From NCBI GenBank assembly GCA_000934665.2, contig KZ538573.1:1-60947 (forward strand): 60,947 nucleotides of DNA. The letters are read 5' to 3'. The DNA is from Catajapyx aquilonaris. Lineage: Eukaryota. Positions 1-12,295 of this stretch are shown one piece after another. Under the pieces are notes generated by a model, which saw only the letters and a program-made list of their open reading frames with translations, ran no database searches and was not told the origin of the DNA. Within the stretch, counting starts at the first letter, position 1, and each line of letters opens with the position of its first letter. Made by a program: the position numbers and the translations under genes.

Positions 1-310
1 AGTGAAACCCCTGGGGCATATGTCGGGGCCTCCGTACGGATTTTCATAGCGAATAACAGGAGAGACAGACATACGTCTAGAAATATGTATTAGATTGCTA
101 GTTTGTTACTGGGCTGCAAAATTCCATGGTCAAGAGTAGGCTGTAATGTTGCATAGGAATGAAAATAAATTAGTACCTGCTTGCCTATTTAAGAACCTAT
201 TTTGACTGTTTTCAGAGCCTAAATGCCTATCTATTTGAGGAACTTTTAGAACCTAAAAATCCGTCGTTTAATAATAATAATATGATTATTATTAAATTGT
301 AAGTAATAAA

Positions 311-611
311 TCTATATAAATAAAGTCGTTTGTGAGTTTGTCTGTCTGTTCGCCTGCCAACCGTCATTTGCCTGCCATCTGTGCTCCACCCCCAGGCCGG
401 GAGAGGATGGAGGTGTTGGGGGTTGACTACAGATGGCAGGCAAATGATGGTTGCCGTTCAGGCAGGAGAGGTTGAAGGTATTGGAGTAGCAGGACCACAG
501 ATGGCATTGGTGGGCGGACACACAGAAAGACAGACAGTTGACGGGGCGGGTACTGGCAGGTGTTTTCCCTTCATTCATTTCTTCCCAGGCAACGCCGGGT
601 GCCGCAGCTAG
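311..611 (+). mobile_element. Non-autonomous Helitron-like element
   Basis: 5' A|TCTATATA, internal GTCT/GTTT repeats, 3' GGCAACGCCGGGTGCCGCAG-CTAG|T. Related 5' ends occur at ~18675 (+) and ~60-96 (-). Confidence 0.75.
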
Positions 612-724
612 TTATAATATATATTATAATCTATTATTTTCTCGCGAACCATGCATGACCAAGGCCTCTAACTTAACATACTGAACCTTGTGTCAGTCAC
701 AACTAGGGTCACTAAATATGACTG

Positions 725-1420
725 ATGTAACGCAAACACATCACTAATTGATGAGGTCACAATATATTCTTGAGCATGTGACTGAGCAAGTGACCAATGA
801 AATGCATTAAAAAATTTACTTTTGTATTTTAGAGGAAAACTAATTCCAGCGACGCATTCCCCTGATGTTTCTCTTTCTTTTCATGTACATATCGCATCCC
901 GGCAATAACAGGGGCACAAGTCCAACAATGACGATTTTGACTTATTACTAGAGCAAGGTCCATGACCGTGTGCACATTCAGAATGCATATTCTGATTTAA
1001 AAAAATTAATAATTAATAATTCTGATTATTCGAATGCTGCATCAATGCCTGATCTATGATAACACTATACCAACACTATACAACTTTCAAAGTGCTCGCC
1101 TAAGAAATTGACTTTTTGGACTTGTGCCCCTGTTATTGCTGGGGTGCGATATGTTCATTGGGTTCTGATCACTTCCCCTAACCGAAAAAAAATTCTCCCA
1201 AAAAGGCCTAATTTTCACTCATTTCCAAAAAAATTTCGATTTTTCCCCACGTCATGGTATTGCGCAATATGACGTAAATTTTATATGCAGCATTAAGGAA
1301 TAGTTGAGTACATCTTTGATTATTTTGACCAAGATCCGAGACGGTCTCGCAACATTTAGGCCCACTTGATTCGGAAACACCCCTAGTAAAATCGATATAT
1401 CTCAAAAACTGTGGGTGATA
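725..1420. repeat. Interspersed repeat, second copy at about 19635-20060
   Basis: Long colinear similarity (TGTAACGCAAA.ACATCACTAATTG...GCCCACTT.ATT.GGAAA.ACCCCTAGTAAA). Confidence 0.85.
888..1153. mobile_element. MITE nested in the 725-1420 repeat
   Basis: TIR CATATCGCA.CCC.GCAATAACAGGGGCACAAGTCC. It is absent from the 19635-20060 copy. Confidence 0.8.
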
Positions 1421-1702
1421 GAAGATTTTGCATATTTTTCCCGAAATCAGAATTTTCAAATACATAAGAAACACCTCTCACTTTCAAGAAAAAAATTTCA
1501 TCACAGGCATGTGTAATAACAATAATAATCCGGGTGGTGCTTGACCTCTGAGAGGTATGTAGCACAGACGTTTATTGTACCTTTGATGGTGTAGTACAGT
1601 GTACACATCTGGAACCTGAAGTGAAGCGCCCGGGCCCATGGGCAGGGTGATTGGGAGGGGATGTGCAAAGTGCAAGTGCAATGTCTGTTTATGCTACATA
1701 TA

Positions 1703-1887
1703 CAGGGTGTCTCAACTTTTTTGTCCAAACAGTTATCGGAAAAGCCTATGTATCTTCTAGCTATGTAGCCAGAATATGCCCCAACATTCCTGGCACATCC
1801 CTCAACAGTTGAGGGATGTGCCAGGAATGTTGGGGCATATTCTGGCTTTTGCGATAACTGTTCGGACAAAAAAGTTGAGACACCCTG
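1703..1887. mobile_element. Tc1/mariner-type palindromic MITE
   Basis: TA|CAGGGTGTCTCAAC...GTTGAGACACCCTG|TA, with a loop-less centre CCCTCAACAGTTGAGGG. Confidence 0.88.
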
Positions 1888-1899
1888 TATATAATAATA

Positions 1900-2256
1900 A
1901 TATAATGATTGGGGTTAGCGTACCGCCCATTCATGGGCATCTGGCAAGGTACCTTTATTTGCTTTAGGTGCACAAGGCCACAAGCTAATACAGTTTTGGT
2001 CCTTTTCCGTAACACCTGGGTACTGCGAGCGATGGGGGACGAGTAGGAGGGGATGTGCAAGGTGCAGTCCAATGTCTTTGCTGTGGTCATTTTGTGAACT
2101 CCCCCGGGTGGTTTGTCTTAAAGGAGATACCACCCGAGACGAAGCCAGAGATGGCCAAGAACTCTGCACGAGATGAAGGGGGAAACACCGAGCTGGGATC
2201 AGACCCGGGACCTTAACATCTGTGAGAGCTTATGTTACCGCAGCACCACTCCGCCT
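1900..2256 (-). mobile_element. tRNA-derived SINE, family A (other copies 23320-23640 +, 59575-59810 -, fragments 9610-9710 and 1545-1690)
   Basis: A/B-box-like head (GTGGTGCTGCGGTAA..GGTCCCGGGT..GATCCC) and a shared body (CCCCTTCATCTCGTGCAGA, TCTCTGGCTTCGTCTC, CATTGCAC). Confidence 0.8.
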
Positions 2257-3913
2257 TCCCTCCCACACCACAGTACTGTCCATCTTGTGGCCCTGCCTGG
2301 CACTTACTGTACTGTATGTCACATTATTGCCCAATGATTTTAATTAATTGTGAATGTTAGGGAGGTGGGCTCTTACTTTGGGTTGTGCATCCACAACAAT
2401 TACTCTGCGTCTTGTGGCACCGCAAGCCAACAAACATCATTGTGGCTTAGCGAAAGCCACCTAGAGGTGAGAGTCTTCACTAGGAAAAGGGTTTTTGTGT
2501 TTATAGGAATTTAAAATTAATTACTTTAAAATTCTATAACTTTTGAATGAATCTTCTCCCCACCATAATATTATACTGTCAATAACTATACTGGTGCACA
2601 CACTAGTACACACTAGTACACTACTACACACTTGTATTTATCTCCCAATTTTCAAATTACTATGGAGATGCCTGCAACAAAAGGAGTAAAGAGTGTCAAC
2701 AAAGGAACACTTATTTATTATCTATTCATTATTAGGGCTATTTATTACTCACAATTTCAAAATTCAATAACTTTTGAATGAAACGTTCTTGGGGCCATAC
2801 ACATATTATGTCATCACATTGTTGACATTTTTAGACCCCCCCCCCCCCCCCCCACTAACATTCNNNNNNNNNNNNNNNNNNNNNNNNNNNNNNNNNNNNN
2901 NNNNNNNNNNNNNCAACCCCCCCCCCCCCCAATGATTACTCAATGTTTACCAACAATGATTGCTATGGCAATTCTTGTTATACCCGAGGTTCTAAGTTAT
3001 ACTGAGGCCAGTGCAACTGGCCCTTAATAGTTCAGTTTATGGTATCTAGGACCATTTTCAGATTACCAGTGTTTTCCCATTACCCATGCACACCAGGGCA
3101 TCCATTAGCCCAGATAATCAGGAGTAGGGTGCATTTGGTGCAATTTGGAAATTCATTTAAGTTCAAAACCTACGCTTCGTGATGGGAAAAGCCAAAGTAT
3201 ACTATCTTCAAATCTTCATCAGGCACTAGTTCAAAGGTAAAGAAGCCTGATTTTGTTGAATTCCACCAATCACGACTGGTACCCAAGCTCTTGATTATGG
3301 CATGTGATCACAATAATAAATTTTTAGCTACAGAACTCGTAACTATAAAAGCGGCATTTTCTTAGAATGAGGTTCGGGAAGATAACAACATTTGGCGAAG
3401 GTCACTTCCTCAAATACCGGCAGGCCTATGTAGAAACTTTTAATATTTGGCCGGNNNNNNNNNNNNNNNNNNNNNNNNNNNNNGGGGGGGGGGGGGGGGA
3501 GGAAGCTCTAAAGTGCATGATTACCTATTTTTTTAGTAAGGGCTTGATTTGCACTTATGGCATTTACAACCTTTGACATACAGTAGTTTCCATGAATTTT
3601 GTTCCACCAGAAACCACATCTACATGAAGGAAGGAAACTACAGTAGGCTCTCACCTGCTCTTCCAGAGACATCTTGGAGCAGCAGTGCCTATAACCCTGG
3701 CAATTTCACCTGAAAAATAATCCACATTAGTATATGATCCACAAATAACACTGCTTTGCAAAACTGACCAATAGCTTTGCATTCACACTCTATTCTCCAA
3801 AGTGTGACCCTTCCTTCCTAGGAGTCCTGCAAATTAATGCCACTTATTGACACTCAACAGGTAAAGTGGTAGTCAAGGTTAGCAACAATGACATTTGTTG
3901 TTAGGGTCTTTTA

Positions 3914-4481
3914 CAGGGTGGCCACGAATTAAGGGGCATATGTTTGATGAGCAGTAAAACAATATTAAGAAAATTTAATACAAGCAAGTGAAACTACAAG
4001 AAAACACAGAGTCAGGAAAACATAATGCATATCAATTTTACAATTTGGGTCAACTTCGATCAACTTGGGCACCATTCAAGTCCATGCATGCTTGAAGTCT
4101 TATTTTGCCCTTCTCACATGCTTTTCTGCTGATCACCACTGGAATTTATTTAAACCCATCAATTATAACTTGGCATAGATGAGTCACGCCATGTTTTAAA
4201 TGATTTGGCATGCTTGTGGACTTGATTTTTAAAATGTCCCCAAAGGAAAAAGTGAGCTAGTGTAAGGTCCGGTGAGCTTATGGCCATTTGTCAAAGTAAG
4301 CCTTCAACCTTGCATCGACTTGAATGGTGCCCAAATTGACCCAAGTAGGAAAATCTATATGCATTACGTTTTCCTGACCGTACACATGTTTTCTTGTAGT
4401 TTTACTTGCTAGCATGAATTTTCTTAACATTATTGTTTTACTGCAGTTCAAACTTGTGCCCCTTTATTTGTGACCACCCTG
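3914..4481. mobile_element. Tc1-type MITE with about 150-bp TIRs
   Basis: TA|CAGGGTGG.CAC...GTGACCACCCTG|TA. Confidence 0.82.
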
Positions 4482-4554
4482 TATTCTTACTCTGGCTTAT
4501 ATGAGCCTATTACTTTGGAAGAAATTGTTGATTTTTAATAATGTGTGTGTGTGT

Positions 4555-5145
4555 ACAGGTCTTCAATTAGCTCAGGGGACGGAAGTTTGTGTGTTTTTTT
4601 ATTATTTTACTATAGCTGTGGGGACGTGTGTCCCCACAATTTAATTGTGGGGACATTTTCAGGTCCCCACTCATGCACACACGCGCTGTGTACTATTACA
4701 GAGGGAACGTGAAAAAAATAGTGGGGACATGTCCCCACTATTTTCATTCGTAGGGTTTCACAAAAGTCCATTTTTCTCAGCCTAGGTGAGTTAGGGTAGG
4801 GTAGGTTAGGGTAGGGTAGGTTAGGTTAGCTTCGAAAAGTTGAATTTTCACGTCCCCACAGCTAATTCAGAACAGAACTGTGTGTGTGTGGACGCGTCTT
4901 GCTATCCTTGTGAGAAATTTTTTACGCGTTTTTCCTATCCTTGCGAGGAATTTTGTCATTACGAGGTAGTTTTCCTGTACCTCATAGTGAACACACGCCT
5001 CACAAGGATAGGGTAAAATCGAAACAATACCTCATAAAGACAGTAAAAATATATTTCACCAAAATTTCGTGTTTCCTTGTAGTTAGGTTAGTTTTAAATT
5101 TTAAATTTTGGAAAAACCTCACAAAGATAGGAATGCGCGCCTGCG
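4555..5145. mobile_element. Two adjacent short TIR elements embedded in (TG)n, with TTAGG/GTAGG repeats
   Basis: Element 1 has AATTAGCT..GGGGAC...GTCCCCACAGCTAATT with repeated GTGGGGAC motifs. Element 2 has CTATCCTTGTGAG...CTCACAAAGATAG. (TG)n tracts lie at 4543, 4880 and 5145. Confidence 0.6.
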
Positions 5146-5329
5146 TGTGGGTGTGGGTGGGTGTGTGTTGCCACTAGAGAGGTGCCATGAAAAGTTCTGG
5201 TGGCATCAAATTTTTCACCTTGAGTATGAACAAAGGTATTGATGAGTCATTTAAGATGTACCAAATACAAAATAGTTCCTAAGAGAAGAAAAGGAAGGTG
5301 GCAAAAGTTAAGATAATGACAAAATAACT

Positions 5330-6755
5330 GAACTCCTCCCTCAAAGAAGGGTGAATGTGCAATTATTGTTTGCAAAGTAGTGCGACTCCCAGTGAAGTAG
5401 TCCCAGGTGAATGGTACTTGATCACTTTTCTACTTAGTCCCCCTAGAGTGTGATGAACTTCTCCCAGCAGTGGTCCAGCTTTGCGTCCCTTCGCAAAAAA
5501 ATATAATTGAAACCCTCTCTTGAAGAACGGTGTATGTACAAATAATTACATTGTTTGAAAATTAGTGAACCTATACATGTGAATGAGAAGTCCTAGGTGA
5601 ATGGTACTTTATCACTTCTCTATGTAGTCCTCCTGGAGTGTGATGCACTTTTTGCAGCAGTGGTCCAGCTTTGCATCCCTTCACGAAAAAAATATTTGTC
5701 TAGGTCATCACAGCATCCACGAACAGCGTTCATGACGGCAGCGGCAGTGTCACAGTTGAACCGCTGTTCTTTGAGGTGCCATTTGACTGTTGGGAACAGG
5801 TATGATACCAGTTGGATCTGACTCTCACGTGTTCCCAACACTCAAATGACACCTGAGTGAACTGCGTTTCAACAGTGATGATGCCGTCATGAACGCTGTT
5901 CGAGAATTGTGTGATGACCACGACAAATATTTTTTCGCAAAGGGACGCAAAGCCCGACCACTGTTGGGAGAAGTGCGTCACACTCCAGGGGGACTTTATA
6001 GTATATGTATGTATATAAGGGGGCTTACCCGGCATAGCCATTTACAGCCCCCAGCTCCATCAACAACTAATCACCGAATAGTGACAATATCATAAACAAA
6101 CAAGAAGAGCCAAACAAACCTGGATAAAACCGAAAACCGAAAACCCTTAAGGTGCAACCACAAAAGCAATTACTAAAACGCGCAGAGACGCATGCAATTT
6201 TGAGCGAAACCCCTCACCACCTCAGATGTAGAGAACCAAGAGAACCAAGAGACCAAGAGAACCAAACCCAAGAGAGGGGGACCAAGAGAACTACACCAGT
6301 ACATATTAAAACTCCGCCGGCGACGGAGCTCACCGCACGGTGACACATCACATTCATCGATTGATCCCCCGGAGCCAAGCATCAGCCGCCAAACAAAGAG
6401 AATTGAAGCTCCTCATACGAGCTCCCATGAGCATCCTTGAAGAAGGGGGCCAGCCAGCACCGCTCCGCAAGGCCAGCCGCATCACCCCGGAGCGGGCCTC
6501 CCTCAGCTCCGGCGTCCCGCAGTGCCACAACATGTGATCAGGAGTCTGCCGCCCCCTCCCGCAGGGACACTCGCCCAATCCAAAGCAGACCAAATAAGAG
6601 AGAAAAGGCCCATGCCCCGAAACCACCCGAGCACTCCAGGGGGACTACATAGAAAGTGATAAAGTGCCATTTGCCTAGGGCATCTCCTTCACAGGGAGGC
6701 TCACTACTTTTAATACAATAATTGCACATACACCCTTCTTTGAGGGAGGGGTTCA
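5330..6755. mobile_element. Mariner-derived fold-back element (two 3' ends), interrupted by the LINE fragment
   Basis: Inverted arms 5330-5410 vs 6650-6755 and 5620-5770 vs 5860-6000. The translation resembles a mariner C-terminus (YLFP..K.HL...RF....V..AV). Confidence 0.75.
6002..6631 (-). mobile_element. 5'-truncated 3' end of a related R1-like LINE
   Basis: SGHGPFLSYL..CPCGRGRQTPDHMLWHC matches the C-terminus of the element at 34200-34320. It is flanked by a ~21-bp direct repeat CACTCCAGGGGGACTwyATAG (5981-6001 and 6632-6652). Confidence 0.85.
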
Positions 6756-6847
6756 ACTAATTGGAATGGTAGCAAAACAATTAACTCTACAATATCATAG
6801 GCTACACAAGTAATGAGATTGCCCTTTGAGTGGGGATTGTCGCCATC

Positions 6848-6848
6848 A

Positions 6849-6898
<50 letters not shown>
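6848..6898. repeat. (GAT)n microsatellite; others are (ATT)n 15530-15588, (TA)n 25040-25086, (TAG)n 47955-48030 and (TTA)n 57638-57771
   Basis: Read directly from the sequence. Confidence 0.95.
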
Positions 6899-7130
6899 AC
6901 AGTAAGGAACACTGGCACTGCCTCACTGACAATGAAATTTGCAAGTTGCCTCATGCATTGCCATATGCTCCTTGGGTACATCGTTTGTTGTGTTACATTG
7001 CAAGTCTTTATTTTCATGATCCCTTGGAATTCAGATTTTATCTTTTAAATAAAAAATGCATCTCAAAACACATGTCAGATCCATATTATCGGAGGTCTTT
7101 GCATGCACTATCCTCTCACTCTACTGATCT

Positions 7131-9520
7131 TCAAGTGCTGTCATGCTGAGATGCAGGAGAATGCTCAGGAGACAGGTCGAATAGCTCGGAAGTTTCTTGC
7201 AACAGCTGCTTCTTGGGCCTCACTCCTGGAGATGTTACACCATGCTGCTCTGATGACCCCCGATTGCCCTGAGCTGATCCTCCTCGATCCCCAGTGCTGG
7301 GAGTCCGCTTTCTGGTGGCCTTGTCTTTTTCAGCGTTACCAGTCTGGTTGGAGGGGGTATTGGGACTGGACTTGGATTTAGGGCCTTTCCTCTGGCTCCC
7401 AGGGTGTCTCATGCCCTTCAGTTGCATCACCTCAGCTTCCAGTTTTGTTATGTCTGTGCGGAGGCTGTTGGCTACTGTTTCCCAGTTTGTGTTTACTGCA
7501 TTTAGCTTCTAGAAGGTGGAATAATGATATTGAATTTAGAAAATATTAGCAATAAATCATAGATTAGACATAGTGGTGCAATGTCTCATTGGCAATAATT
7601 CAGGAATGTTTTCGCAGTGTGATCTGTCATGTTGCGGGGGGGGGGNGGTGGGGGGGGTGGGGGGGGTAAACAATGCACAATGTCTTGGCTGCATCCATTT
7701 TGCTGGATTGCGGCCTTGAACAATGCACCACCTTATACAGGGTGAAAGGATTTTGGTGCATAATCGCCAGGTAGACTGATAGTACTCGCAAAACTAATAT
7801 AGGGATGTGCAAGTAGTTTTGGGCGCCATTGCGTAGTTAATGCATACTGCGTATTTAGAGTGTAGAGTGTCAGATGGTAGCCTATGAGGTAAACAACAAC
7901 AAAGTGCACAAGTGTTACACACAGATTCTTACTCCAATGAGATTTGATCACCTACTGCACATGGACGATGCGTTATGGACCCAAGGCTGGATAATTCGGG
8001 GGCCCTTGAGCTGGCTTTTGCTTCTTTGAAGCTGGTGGAGTGGATGTGACATCACGAAACTTTAAATGTGCCATATGCATTAACTATGCATAGGCGCCGA
8101 GAACTATGCACATCCCAATATTAGTTTTGCGAGTACTATCAGTCTACCTGGCGATTATGCGCCAATATCCCTTCACTCTCTATAATCCAGTTTATTGTTT
8201 TGTGCCCTTGATCAGTGTCTCCAGCCGTGACACAATATAAAAGAAATTCTTGTTGGAAGACAGGTTATGCTGAGAAATAACAGTGAATAAATATTTCCAA
8301 ATTCCTGGCCAGGGGTACTGTTAGGATGATGTATGTCAGTGCTTCCCAATATTTTCGCTGGCAACCCCAGAAAATCGCATTGCAGAATTCGCGACCCCCA
8401 CTTGAACAGCCAACATGAAAAAACATTGTACTCTACACAGTGGTAGTCAATGACAATCACCGATAAATTAACACATCTTCTCGTTTACAGGCGAATTTTT
8501 CCAGAAAAATATAATCATTTTGTAAAAATAATTTGTTACCCTCCCCGTGACCCCAAATATTATGTTCGCGACCCCACAGTTATTGGGAAGCACCAAGGAA
8601 GCACTGATTTATGTTGACAGTTATGTGGACATCGTAGCGTACCTGCTCATGTTCGAGATGTTCCTTTAATGTTTTGACTTGGGCCTCTAGGACACCAATT
8701 TTCGAATTTTGTTCTTCCAAGCTCTCTCTTGTCAGGGCAAGCAACGTCTGTTTGTACTCCTTTGTATCAAGTCTGATGCGTTTAAATCTCTGTTTGTACT
8801 TTCTCTTCATAGTCTCCAGTTGTCGCTTAAGCTTGTAATTGTCATCGGCTTTCTTTTTCTTGGTGTAATGTTCAGCCTCATGTGGCTGCTGGGCCAACAT
8901 CTCTCCCTTAGGCCTTTCGTATTCACCCTGCAAGAGAGAGAGAGAGCCCATCAGAGCTGTTTAGTGATCAACTGTATATCCAGAATGGGTGGTTGATAAT
9001 GGTTACTCATTGTTGATAACAATATTATAAACAATAATTAACAAGGATCATCCTCTTGTTCAGGATTTGCTGTTGATCATGCAACCTACCACTTTGGAGG
9101 TCAGCAAGTTGAACAAATTCAACTCGACTTGAATGTAACACGGGGGTGCAAGTTCAGCGGTGGCCTTCCCTTCCTGTTCCTCCTCCTCCTGCAGCTCCTG
9201 CTGTGCCTGCAAGACCACTGAGTTGTGTGGGTGACCACCAATCTCTCTGCTATCTTCTGTGGTGTCACAAGCGTCACAAATGCCATTATGCATTGCGGAC
9301 ACCTCCATGGTACTGCCCAGGTTGAAATCATTCCCTGCCAACAAGTCCACCATGTCTAAGTCTGACGATATCCCAGTTGTCTCACCATCAGCCTTTTGTT
9401 GACCATGGGTGTCTTGCGGTAGGAGCACTGCATCCTCATCTAGGCCACCAGCTAATGGGACCATACATGGCTTGACCCCACCTGCATGCACCTTGGGCAT
9501 CCCCATTAGCACAGGCTCTC
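7131..9520 (-). CDS. Uncharacterised coiled-coil protein, complement(join(7131..7508,8643..8927,9090..9520)); candidate ATG at 9506 gives about 359 aa
   Basis: Three open exons have consensus acceptors (ctacag|, cttgcag|, ttctag|) and donors (gtg|gtaggt, cag|gtacgc), joined in phase 0. The middle exon is heptad-rich (LKRQLETMKRK..LEAQVKTLKEHLE). A minus-strand AATAAA lies near 7006-7011. Confidence 0.65.
7738..8180. mobile_element. Tc1-type MITE
   Basis: TA flanks and a ~75-bp TIR (CATAATCGCCAGGTAGACTGATAGTACTCGCAAAACTAATAT). Confidence 0.85.
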
Positions 9521-9723
9521 CTGTAGACTAAACATAACATACTAACTTATATTATCATCCTTATAGGGACTGTCCATATATGATGTAAACACTTTTTTCA
9601 CTATTTTCAAGGCCCAACTCTGCACGAGATGAAGGCGGGAGACCCCGAGATGGGATCGAACCTGGGACTCTTCCATCTGTGGGACATACTTTACCGCAGC
9701 GCCACTCCCCAGCATTTCATTAA

Positions 9724-10502
9724 CCCCTTGAGCCCCAGCCGCCTATAATCTAAGCGCTGAGAACTCGACTGCCAGGTACCAGCTATACCTGCCACCACCT
9801 AGTTTTCCGCTTACTCGTGCGCTGCAGATACGAATAAGATATTTGACAAATAATAACAGCTCTACTTACCCGTTCAGTGAAAACATTATGAATGTGTTGC
9901 AAACAATTTCCCTCCCATAGAAGTCCCTAAACTAATTTCCAAAAATACCGTTGTAAAAACTCGAAAGTAGAGTACTGCCGGCCAACTGTTAGGCTGATTT
10001 AATTATGAAATATGTTAAATTGTAGGGAATAACAATTTTGAGAAGGGTGACAAATGGACTTGCTGAAATCGTCGTACTTTTCGAGAAACAAGTAAATTTG
10101 GGAGAAGTGACAGGCAAGTCGCAGAAAAGAATTAATTTATTTCTCGGAAAGTACAACGATTTCAACAAAGTCTTCTGGCATGGTTCTCAAGATTGTTATT
10201 CCATATATTTTAACGTATTTCATAATTAAATCAGCCTAACATTTGGCCGGTAGTACTTGGATTTTCATATTTTGCAGCGATCTTTTTGGAAATTAATTCA
10301 CGGACCTCTATGGGAGGGAAATTGTTTTCAACACATTGATAACGTTTTCCCTGAACGGGTAAGTAGAGCTGTTATTTTGTAAAATATCTTGTTTGTATCT
10401 TCAGCGCAGCAGTAAGCAGAAAACTAGGTGGTGGCAGGTATAGCTGGTACCTGGCGGTCGAGTTCTCAGCGCCTAGATTCTGGGCGGCTGGGCCTCAAGG
10501 GG
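9724..10502. mobile_element. piggyBac-type MITE with about 310-bp TIRs
   Basis: TTAA|CCCCTTGAG...CTCAAGGGG|TTAA. Confidence 0.9.
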
Positions 10503-12295
10503 TTAATATGGGATATGTAAAGGACTCACATTCTTTGAGTATAATTCTAATTTCCTGCGGTTGTCAGAAAATTATTATTTTGGAGAAAACTATGCTTCAA
10601 TGCTGAGTATAATTCATACCTACTTCAGAGGAAGAATTAAAATGTACATAACTATACCAGTGACTGATTTTGATGTCTGATGGTTTTCAGTTTAAATGTT
10701 TCATAAGAAAACTGACACCGTCAGAAAATAACGTTTGAGAACTGCACTAAATTTAACCAAAATATCACTGAAATTTCTGCATTTCAGAGCTTCATGTATG
10801 AGGAGCATTCTGAACGTATGCAAAACTTTTTCATGAAAGTCAAGAGGTAGGCAAGCAGTGATATTTTATTTTTCAACATAGTCCCTTTGCATGTTGAATC
10901 CTGCCTCATTTACCAAGCAGAAGAATAAGTGGACTCATGTAACTGTCCCACAGATATGAAGCTCCAAAAGAGCATGGTTACTGGGTGAGCCATGCAATGA
11001 TGTCAAAAGGTAACTGGTACTACATTATGGTGACATATGGGAGAAGAATGTGGATTCGAAATAATTCAGAGATGTGTTAGGTGTCAACAATGAGGAGGGA
11101 GATGTTGTAATGTCACTAGTGGAGATTTATGTGGATGTGATGATGACCAATCAAGCCATATTGTATAAATATCTGGTGGAAAATAAGATATACAACCTAG
11201 CTCTGAAATGAAATTGTCATATTATCATCTGGAATTCACCCAATTTGTCTGGAGGAGTCATGAAGGTTGATGAGGATTATGCTCAACTATACGTAAGTTA
11301 CATATTTTTAAAAATTTAGCATATTGGCAAAAATCCAACAAAGATGCATACTGTAAGATGATTAATGCCGAGTGACCTAGGTGACCTATCTTGGACGAGA
11401 TTTTTCAATATGATTGTGTTGACACATGAACCTTTTATAATTCAGTAATTGTATCATTATACTACATATCACGTTGAATCTCACCTTCTGATGTGTATTA
11501 CCTCAAACTCTGTCTACGCGAGCCACTTGACACGCCGACGACAAACTAGTTCAGGCTGTACCACCTTATAGAGACCATGTGATCACCTCCACTTGCAGTT
11601 GTGGTTAGGGGCATCCACAGGTACCGTGTTGTTCATACCTGCTAGTTACTTGATGGCGGGAGAGATGGCGGGCCTAGCCTAGCGCATGCGTAGAGTAGTC
11701 CCAATCCCAACCTGCTGACTGCTGAAAACGCTTCTCGCTTTCACGCTTTGTCAGACCATGTGTGCACGCTGTGTGTGACAGGTATGTGCGTGAGTGAGTG
11801 GCATGCTTGGGACCTCTGCCCTTCCTGCCGGTGCCGTACAGTACGCCTGCCTGCCTAACACCGGCAATCTTGGTTGAGTCCACGAGGGGACAGAAGGATG
11901 TCGCCGGCGTACCGGGCAAAGGTTATACCAAGTAAGTCATTGACAAAATTTATTATTCTGGCACGAAAATAGTCAATTTTTCTGACCATGTAGTTGACCA
12001 CAAAGGCCATCAGAACGAGTCATTGGTTGGGGTTTGGCTGTAGGTTGGTGTGAAAATTGAGGGGAACAGGTGTGGTGATCTGGGTGTTCCGAAGTGCATC
12101 AGGGTGCACCAAGGAAATGGGATGACCACCCTCACCGTCAGATCAAAACAACCGCAAAGGGTGGTATGGGGGATTACATTATGCTACTGCAAGGCCATTG
12201 CCTCGGTCCGCTTACAAAGACGCAATGATGCGGCCACTCACTATACAGCGACAGACTGTTGAAGCACTCTTAATGCTAATATCAAATGTGTTATA

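Noticed and set aside
2835..3500. Poly-C/G tracts as G-quadruplex features
   Set aside because: They abut N gaps (also at 7646, 14413 and 20541), so their lengths are unreliable assembly artefacts.
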